Source of the DNA: Synergistaceae bacterium | GTDB taxonomy: Bacteria > Synergistota > Synergistia > Synergistales > Synergistaceae | DNA: 64,000 bases | Assembly (NCBI GenBank): GCA_036803945.1 | Contig: DAIRTK010000002.1 | Span: forward strand, 14,854 to 78,853 | Reading direction: 5' to 3' | Shown: piece by piece, positions 57,964 to 64,000 of the stretch | Layout of the letters: every line of letters starts with the position of its first letter | Position numbering within the stretch: the first letter of the stretch is position 1 | Notes under the pieces: model-generated | Told to the model about the DNA's origin: nothing | The model's input: only the letters and a program-made list of their open reading frames with translations | The model's database searches: none | Made by a program: the position numbers and the translations under genes

Positions 57964-58002
57964 AAAAGAGTGTCCTTGAATCGGGCTCTCTTTTTCTTTT
58001 TT
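57964..58002 (+). terminator. Probable terminator after HIT gene
   Basis: AAAAGAG.G.CC ... GG.CTCTCTTTT imperfect stem plus T tract. Confidence 0.5.
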
Positions 58003-58109
58003 GTCTTTACGGCTTAAACGCAGTTTTTCGGTAGGCATGACCATACCTCCCGCACCAACTTACCCTCCTTCCTGTCGATCCTGGAAGGCCCTTTTTTTCG
58101 TCGCTTCAG

Positions 58110-58155
58110 AAAAAAAGGCCGGAGGGCTGCAAAAACTTGCATCACGCCTCCGGCC
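58110..58155 (-). terminator. Terminator of gap-pgk-tpiA
   Basis: Minus strand GGCCGGAGG...CCTCCGGCC followed by T7. Confidence 0.75.
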
Positions 58156-58204
58156 GTTATTATTGTCTTTTATTCTGCAGCATCATCTGTTATCGAATGG
58201 CATT

Positions 58205-59005
58205 TCATCCATTTTGCTGACGCACCGCGGCTTTAACTATTTCAAAGAAGCTTTCCGGCTTTAAAGAAGCTCCGCCTACAAGAACACCGTCGATATCATC
58301 CATTGAAAGGATCGATGCGGTATTTTCCGGCTTTACGCTTCCGCCATAAAGCACGATCGTCTCAGCTGCGACACCTTCGCCGAATGTGTCTGCCAATAAT
58401 TTCCTGATAAAGGCACATACTTCCTGAGCATCATTACTGCCGGCGGTTCTGCCGGTCCCTATTGCCCATACGGGCTCATATGCAACTATGATCCTTTCGG
58501 CCACATCCCTTCCGTCCATACCCTTAAGTCCTGACAGAAGCTGCGTCCTGATAACATCAAAGGTCTTTCCTGATTCCCTTTCCTCCAAAAGTTCTCCGAC
58601 ACAAAAAACGGGCATCAGGCCCTCGTCAAGCGCTGCCATCAACTTCATGTGAAGTTCTTCACATGTTTCGCGGAATATATGACGTCGTTCACTGTGCCCG
58701 ATGATCACATGCGTGCAGCCTGTCTCCCTGAGCATCGGGGCTGAAATTTCACCCGTAAATGCACCGCTTTTTTCCCAGTGTACATTCTGCGCACCCACTA
58801 TTAGAGGAGTTCCCAATTTTCCATTTATCGCCTCCGCAAGGGAAACAAATGGCACAAATACCGCCACTTCCATTATCCCTGCACCGATATTTGATTCGAC
58901 ATCTTCCGATGAGACAAGCTTAGGCACAAAATCGGACATAAAACCTGAGGCAGCTGACGGACCGTTGAACATCTTCCAGTTTCCTGCAATAAATCTTCTT
59001 CGCAT
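58205..59005 (-). CDS. tpiA: Triosephosphate isomerase
   Basis: AGNWKM, GAFTGE, GHSERR, AYEPVWAIGTG, YGGSV and VGGASL motifs. Confidence 0.98.
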   Translation of the reverse strand: MRRRFIAGNWKMFNGPSAASGFMSDFVPKLVSSEDVESNIGAGIMEVAVFVPFVSLAEAINGKLGTPLIVGAQNVHWEKSGAFTGEISAPMLRETGCTHVIIGHSERRHIFRETCEELHMKLMAALDEGLMPVFCVGELLEERESGKTFDVIRTQLLSGLKGMDGRDVAERIIVAYEPVWAIGTGRTAGSNDAQEVCAFIRKLLADTFGEGVAAETIVLYGGSVKPENTASILSMDDIDGVLVGGASLKPESFFEIVKAAVRQQNG

Positions 59006-59030
59006 CTCTGCTCTTCCTCCTGTCAATAAT

Positions 59031-59073
59031 AAAAGGGCGGTCCGGGAAAGCCTTTTCCCCGAAACCGCCCTTT
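59031..59073 (-). terminator. Intercistronic hairpin between pgk and tpiA
   Basis: Minus strand AAAGGGCGGT...ACCGCCCTTT with an inner GGGAAA/TTTCCC stem, followed by TATTATT. Confidence 0.65.
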
Positions 59074-59083
59074 GAGTTATTCA

Positions 59084-60277
59084 TTACTTCGTTATATCGT
59101 AAGGTTCTATTCCGGGCAGTATTTTGCCTTCAAAGAACTCAAGACTTGCCCCGCCTCCGGTAGAAACATGTGAAACGCTATTTTTAAATCCGAACTGGGC
59201 GATAGCTGCCGCTGAGTCCCCTCCCCCGACAACAGTAAAGCTGCCCCCGGCAGTAGCTTCTGCAAGGGCTTTTGCAACTGCCTCCGTACCTTTTGAAAAA
59301 GCAGCCATTTCAAAGACGCCCATAGGACCGTTCCACAGTACTGTTTTTGAGGCAAGGATCTCCCCGGCAAAGGCTTCGGCAGTCAGCGGACCGATATCGA
59401 GCCCCATTTTGTCCGAAGGGATCCTATCCGGGCTTACTACAGCGTGGGGGGAATCAGGCTTGAATTCGTCGGCCACTGTTACGTCCAGAGGAAGCAATAT
59501 TCTCACACCGGCCTTCTCTGCCTCATTGAGCATCCTTGAAGCGAAATCTATCTTGTCAGTTTCACAGAGAGACCTGCCTATTTCAAGCCCCTTTGCCTTG
59601 AAAAAGGTAAATGCCATACCTCCGCCGATCAGAATGGTGTCCACTTTTTTTATCATGTTCTCCACCACTGCGATCTTATCTGATACTTTTGAGCCTCCCA
59701 ATATAAGCACGAACGGCTTTTTGGGGTCGTCACGGACGGCTCCCAGCATCTCCGTTTCCTTAACTACCAGAAGACCGGCAAAGGAAGGGAGGACCTCCGC
59801 TATTGCCCTGGTGGATGAATGGGCCCTGTGGGAAACACTGAATGCATCCATAACAAATATGTCGAAACCTTCAGCCATGCGCCTTGCAAATTCCATGTCG
59901 TTCTTTTCTTCTTCAGGATGGAATCTTACATTCTCAAGCAGGAGGAAGGCATCATCATGCCATTCTGAGATGGCTCTTTCGGCATCAGGGCCTACACAGT
60001 CATTTACAAACCGGACATTCCATCCGGTCATCCTGACTATCTCATCTCTGACAGGTTCCAGGGAGTATTTCAGATCAGTCAGGCCTTTGGGCCTTCCAAG
60101 GTGAGATATCAGTGCAACTTTGGCTCCTGCTGCCTTCAGTGCCCTCAAAGTGGGAAGGTGCGCTTCGATCCTTGTAGGGTCTGTCACCTTCCCATTTGAA
60201 ATCGGCACATTGAGGTCGACCCTGACCAAAACCTTTTTTCCGGATACGTCGCCGGGCAAAAAAGTTTTAAGCTTCAT
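59084..60277 (-). CDS. pgk: Phosphoglycerate kinase
   Basis: RVDLNVP, SHLGRP, LLENVRF, GGSKVSDK, WNGPMGVFE and STGGGASL motifs. Confidence 0.98.
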   Translation of the reverse strand: MKLKTFLPGDVSGKKVLVRVDLNVPISNGKVTDPTRIEAHLPTLRALKAAGAKVALISHLGRPKGLTDLKYSLEPVRDEIVRMTGWNVRFVNDCVGPDAERAISEWHDDAFLLLENVRFHPEEEKNDMEFARRMAEGFDIFVMDAFSVSHRAHSSTRAIAEVLPSFAGLLVVKETEMLGAVRDDPKKPFVLILGGSKVSDKIAVVENMIKKVDTILIGGGMAFTFFKAKGLEIGRSLCETDKIDFASRMLNEAEKAGVRILLPLDVTVADEFKPDSPHAVVSPDRIPSDKMGLDIGPLTAEAFAGEILASKTVLWNGPMGVFEMAAFSKGTEAVAKALAEATAGGSFTVVGGGDSAAAIAQFGFKNSVSHVSTGGGASLEFFEGKILPGIEPYDITK

Positions 60278-60281
60278 CAGG

Positions 60282-61304
60282 TTACAGCCCCTTTGAGAAA
60301 ATATATTCTGCCAGGTCTATGACTCTGTTGCTGTAGGCCCATTCATTGTCATACCAGGAAAGGACCTTGACCATTTTATCTCCCATCACCATTGTGTGCC
60401 TTGGGGCAAAGATTGATGAACGGGGATCTCCGACGAAGTCCATCGACACAAGGTCTTCCGGTTCATATCCGAGTATGCCCTTAAGCGGACCCTCTGCGTA
60501 TTCTTTCATAGCTGCATTTACATCATCTGCGGTAACTGCCTTTTCAAGCGTAACTGTCAGGTCTACGACAGAGACGTCGGGGGTGGGAACTCTCAGCGCG
60601 AATCCGTTGAGCTTCCCTTTAAGTTCCGGCATTACTTCAGAAATAGCCTTCGCTGCCCCTGTCGTGGTGGGGATTATCGAAAGTGCTGCCGCCCTTCCGC
60701 GTGAAGGGGTCGTTTTATGCGGAAAATCCAATGTTACCTGGTCGTTTGTATATGAGTGGATCGTGTTCATCAGGCCTTCCACTATCCCGAACTTTTCCTG
60801 GAGAACTTTGCATACCGGGGCAAGGCAGTTGGTAGTGCAGGAAGCATTTGAGACGATATTGTGCTTTTTCGTGTCATATATCCCCTCATTCACTCCCATT
60901 ACGATCGTAGCATCCTGGTTCTTTGCAGGCGCAGAAATGATAACTTTCTTCGCTCCCGCTTCAATGTGGGCCTTTGCAGCATTTGCATCGGTAAAACGGC
61001 CCGTGCTTTCGATCACAAGGTCGACACCGAGTTCTTTCCAGGGCAGCTTCGCGGGATCGGGTTCTGCAACAGCCTTGATCCTTTTTCCGTTAACTACAAG
61101 GAAGTCTCCGTCAATTGAAACTTCCCCGGGAAACCGACGGAAGACTGAGTCGTATTTCAGGAGATATGCAAGGGATGCCGGCGGTGTAAGATCGTTAACT
61201 GCCACGATCTCAAAAAGATTGTCCTTCCCGTTCATGAAGAATGAACGGAGCGAGAGACGCCCAATTCTTCCAAAACCGTTGATTGCAACCTTGTACTTTG
61301 CCAT
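60282..61304 (-). CDS. gap: Type I glyceraldehyde-3-phosphate dehydrogenase
   Basis: [21 protein letters not shown] and WYDNE motifs. Confidence 0.98.
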   Translation of the reverse strand: MAKYKVAINGFGRIGRLSLRSFFMNGKDNLFEIVAVNDLTPPASLAYLLKYDSVFRRFPGEVSIDGDFLVVNGKRIKAVAEPDPAKLPWKELGVDLVIESTGRFTDANAAKAHIEAGAKKVIISAPAKNQDATIVMGVNEGIYDTKKHNIVSNASCTTNCLAPVCKVLQEKFGIVEGLMNTIHSYTNDQVTLDFPHKTTPSRGRAAALSIIPTTTGAAKAISEVMPELKGKLNGFALRVPTPDVSVVDLTVTLEKAVTADDVNAAMKEYAEGPLKGILGYEPEDLVSMDFVGDPRSSIFAPRHTMVMGDKMVKVLSWYDNEWAYSNRVIDLAEYIFSKGL

Positions 61305-61343
61305 AAGTATTGCCTCCTTAGATTTTTATCACAAATGCCTTGT

Positions 61344-61380
61344 GAATATTAGAGCAAAGATTAATTTTTGCTCAATATTC
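61344..61380. promoter_or_regulatory. Imperfect palindrome upstream of gap, candidate operator
   Basis: GAATATT-A-GAGCAAA ... TTTGCTC-AATATTC. Confidence 0.4.
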
Positions 61381-61425
61381 ATTTTGCTACCACAGAGCTT
61401 TAAAGTCAAACCGATTTGTTCGGTT

Positions 61426-63399
61426 TTACTCTTCAAATTGCAGGTTTTCGTGCAAAACCCTCAGGAGTTCGCCAAGGGCCATAGCGCTAAGGACATCTCC
61501 GTGCGGCTTGTAAGGCATCATTCCGTCAAAACATTCTGCAATTCCACCAAGACACCTGTGCCTCAGATGTGAATTGAAAGGCCTCATGAATATCCACCCA
61601 AGGTCCGTCCTTGACGGGTTATACTTGAGGAAGGCAGAAATAAATTCCCCCAGCAGCCACGGCCAGGCCATACCGCGGAAACGTGCCTTCATCCTCTGAT
61701 CAAGACGCCCCTCTGACCTTCCCTTGAACTTGTCCTGCCTCGGATCAAGCGTACGCAGTCCATAGGTGGTGTAAAGTTCATCCCAGCAGATCCTTATTAC
61801 TCCCCTGGCCATTTCCTCGCTAAGCGGGCTGTAGGGCAGAGATGCGGCAAAGATCTGGTTTGGACGGATAGCTGTATCTTTTTCTGCCGCTGATGGGTCG
61901 ATCCAGTCAAAAAGGCATTTTTTATCTGTGTTCCAGAATACTTCGCGGAAAGACTCTGCACACTTCTCCGCCATTGCAGCATACCTGGCTTTGGCTGCAT
62001 GGTCGTTGTCCGCTTCGGCAAAATTTTCACATATCCTGAGAGCATTGTGCCAGAGTGCATTTACTTCCACCAGGTATCCTTTTCTGTGTACGACCGTCTC
62101 TCCTCCTGCGACCGCATCCATCCAGTGCCTTAATGGATCATCGGAGTCGACGCAGAGCAGCATGTTTTCTTTGCATGCAAGGTCAAGCATCTCTATACCT
62201 GCGGCATAGCGGTCAACTATCATTCTTGACGCATTTCTGATGTCGGAGTCTTCCTGCTTTATACCTGTGTGTTTTGTGAATTTGTCAGCTGCATATACAA
62301 ACCAGAGCCCGTTGTCCGCAGCCTCGAAGACGCATTTTTTGTCAGGGGCTATCCGCTCCGGCATCACCCAGTCGTTTTCTTTACAGATATCTGCCCAGAT
62401 ACGGAGTGCCCTTTCTGCAATTTTTTCCCTTCCGGTAGCCAGTGTCAGCCCGGGGAGAGAGACGAATGTGTCCCTTGCCTTGAATTCAACGGAGGGATAA
62501 CCGGTGTATACCGGTGAGAGAGGATCATCCCTGTCATCTATGAGGTGGTAGGACGCCGCGATCATATCCTGTTCTGCGCTGCTGAATGCAGGAAGGTTAG
62601 CCTGCTCAAGGATGTTTTCAAATCTTCCGGCACACTCCCTTTCGGCCGAAAGAATGTCATCCATGGACATTGCCGCCGGTTCATCTGAAAGGATGACGTA
62701 GATCACATCGCCCTCAGAAATGTCCCTGCTGAAATACCCCGGTGACCAGAGATGATCGACCGAGGGGGTCTCAGGGATATCATCCTGTTCATAGATAAGG
62801 TTTTCATACCAAAGTGGCTTCTCTGACCATGTACCCGATGTTGCATTGAAATAACTTTTGCGACCCTTTCCGCTTACGCCCATCGTCCCATCTTCCTCAC
62901 GGGACAGGACAAATTCTCCCTTGCCCGGTTCCGGGCATACTTCCGAATTGATCCGGTGAGCAAACAGAGGACGAAGGTCAATACGAACTTTTTCAGGTGC
63001 TGCCAAAAGTTCATACTTTACTATCGTACATGCTTTTCCCTGCGGCATAAAAATTGATTTTTTGAGGAGGATGCTGTGGATAACGAACAACATGCTTGGA
63101 AATGGGTTGCCTTGATATTCCTGAAGATATCTGTATCCGTCCGGATAGACAAGGTCTTTGTAGCGGTTCGTGGAAAGCTGGTACTTTTTCTTTTCGTGGA
63201 AGATCGTCTCTTCGATCTTGCTCACCAGCACCGAGTGCTGTGTTTCTCCCTCCGGGCGGACTACAAGGAGTCCATGCTCTCTTCTTGTGTTTGCTCCGAT
63301 GACCGTAGAGAAACCATAACTGCCCCGGCCGTTCGAAACAAGATACTCCCTGCCCGCCCCTTTATCATAGGTGTTAACGTCTGCCTTTCCCAAATACAT
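61426..63399 (-). CDS. Glycogen debranching enzyme-like protein (amylo-alpha-1,6-glucosidase family, divergent)
   Basis: N-terminal REYLVSNGRGSY..R.EHGLL; C-terminal RDTFVSLPGL, WMD, VEVNALW, IRPNQ, GLRTL and WPWL. Confidence 0.85.
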   Translation of the reverse strand: MYLGKADVNTYDKGAGREYLVSNGRGSYGFSTVIGANTRREHGLLVVRPEGETQHSVLVSKIEETIFHEKKKYQLSTNRYKDLVYPDGYRYLQEYQGNPFPSMLFVIHSILLKKSIFMPQGKACTIVKYELLAAPEKVRIDLRPLFAHRINSEVCPEPGKGEFVLSREEDGTMGVSGKGRKSYFNATSGTWSEKPLWYENLIYEQDDIPETPSVDHLWSPGYFSRDISEGDVIYVILSDEPAAMSMDDILSAERECAGRFENILEQANLPAFSSAEQDMIAASYHLIDDRDDPLSPVYTGYPSVEFKARDTFVSLPGLTLATGREKIAERALRIWADICKENDWVMPERIAPDKKCVFEAADNGLWFVYAADKFTKHTGIKQEDSDIRNASRMIVDRYAAGIEMLDLACKENMLLCVDSDDPLRHWMDAVAGGETVVHRKGYLVEVNALWHNALRICENFAEADNDHAAKARYAAMAEKCAESFREVFWNTDKKCLFDWIDPSAAEKDTAIRPNQIFAASLPYSPLSEEMARGVIRICWDELYTTYGLRTLDPRQDKFKGRSEGRLDQRMKARFRGMAWPWLLGEFISAFLKYNPSRTDLGWIFMRPFNSHLRHRCLGGIAECFDGMMPYKPHGDVLSAMALGELLRVLHENLQFEE

Positions 63400-64000
63400 G
63401 GGCACCATCCCCCTTCAACAGCTTATGCAGTAAATTTTCACATTTCCTCCATCTATATTCTACCGTACTTTTGCTAATCGGTCTCGGTAGATTTTGTCCA
63501 AGCTCCTTCAAGGAGATGCTTGGATTTTTTTTCCTTGCAAAGAGCAGCTCCCTAAGCTCGTCAGGCAGCTCTTCAAATATTCCGGCCTCTTCTATCAGGC
63601 TTATAAGTCTCATTTGTCTTTCTGCTGCCTCAAGAGTCTTGTTAATATTTGCAGAATCACAGTTGACAAGCTTATTTGCGCGGCTTCTCATAGACCTGTA
63701 TATTGCAGTCTCTTCAAGAGCCAGCACGGTCTTGACAAAACCCAGCCTGGAAAGAAATGTTACTATCTGCTGCTGATCTCTCAGCATCAGCTCCCGCATG
63801 CGGTCCTTTTTTCTTACGCCCACGCTGAAACCTGCGGATTTAAGTATGCTTTGAAGCCTCTCTGCGCTTCCATTTCCTGAAGGCGGCCTCATGACCAGAT
63901 GATAGCCTGCCTTTGGCATATAAAGGGCTCCGCAGCTGCCCCACATTCCCCTGACCCAGTTCCAGTTTCTTTTTTTTCTTGACGAACCTGAGAACCTCTG
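63374..64000 (-). CDS. whiA: DNA-binding protein WhiA (5'-truncated by window edge)
   Basis: YHL, ANKLVNCDSANINKT, SLKELG and ISKSTVEYR motifs. Confidence 0.9.
   Translation of the reverse strand, partial: QRFSGSSRKKRNWNWVRGMWGSCGALYMPKAGYHLVMRPPSGNGSAERLQSILKSAGFSVGVRKKDRMRELMLRDQQQIVTFLSRLGFVKTVLALEETAIYRSMRSRANKLVNCDSANINKTLEAAERQMRLISLIEEAGIFEELPDELRELLFARKKNPSISLKELGQNLPRPISKSTVEYRWRKCENLLHKLLKGDGAHVFGKGRR

Noticed and set aside
58205..60277. Thermotoga-type Pgk-Tpi frameshift fusion
   Set aside because: pgk has a clean stop, followed by a hairpin-containing spacer and a separate tpiA RBS.
59124..61572. Long + strand ORFs (326 and 408 aa)
   Set aside because: Antisense shadows of pgk and gap, with no recognisable motifs.
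1..64000. CRISPR arrays, tRNA/rRNA genes, IS elements, prophage or defence islands
   Set aside because: No regularly spaced repeats, cloverleafs, transposase, integrase or phage genes recognised; nearly all sequence is explained by housekeeping genes.

Overview
A gene-dense, mostly housekeeping window of a bacterial chromosome. Gene content and order suggest an amino-acid-fermenting anaerobe, probably Synergistota; this is inferred, not demonstrated. The + strand carries lon-engB-valS-folC-pgeF, meaB, a fused rpiB-upp gene, wecA/tagO-wecB-murA, udg-uppS-cdsA-dxr-rseP-ispG, arcA-argF, nadE, yebC-ruvCAB-spoIID-queA, hutU plus a cyclodeaminase, mltG-tldD-ftsK, xseB-ispA-dxs-tlyA-nadK-recN and rplU-rpmA-obgE-nadD-LCP-rsfS-HIT. 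The - strand carries hutH-ftcd-hutI, a class-V aminotransferase-serA operon with a downstream DMT transporter, rpmB, and whiA-debranching-enzyme-like-gap-pgk-tpiA. I saw no rRNA, tRNA, CRISPR array, transposase or prophage. The most notable signal is absent from the ORF track. The serine-biosynthesis operon (40491 to 37685) is preceded by a short Ser-rich (also Gly/Cys-rich) leader ORF, a long antiterminator and a mutually exclusive rho-independent terminator. This is the full architecture of a ribosome-mediated, serine-sensing transcription attenuator.
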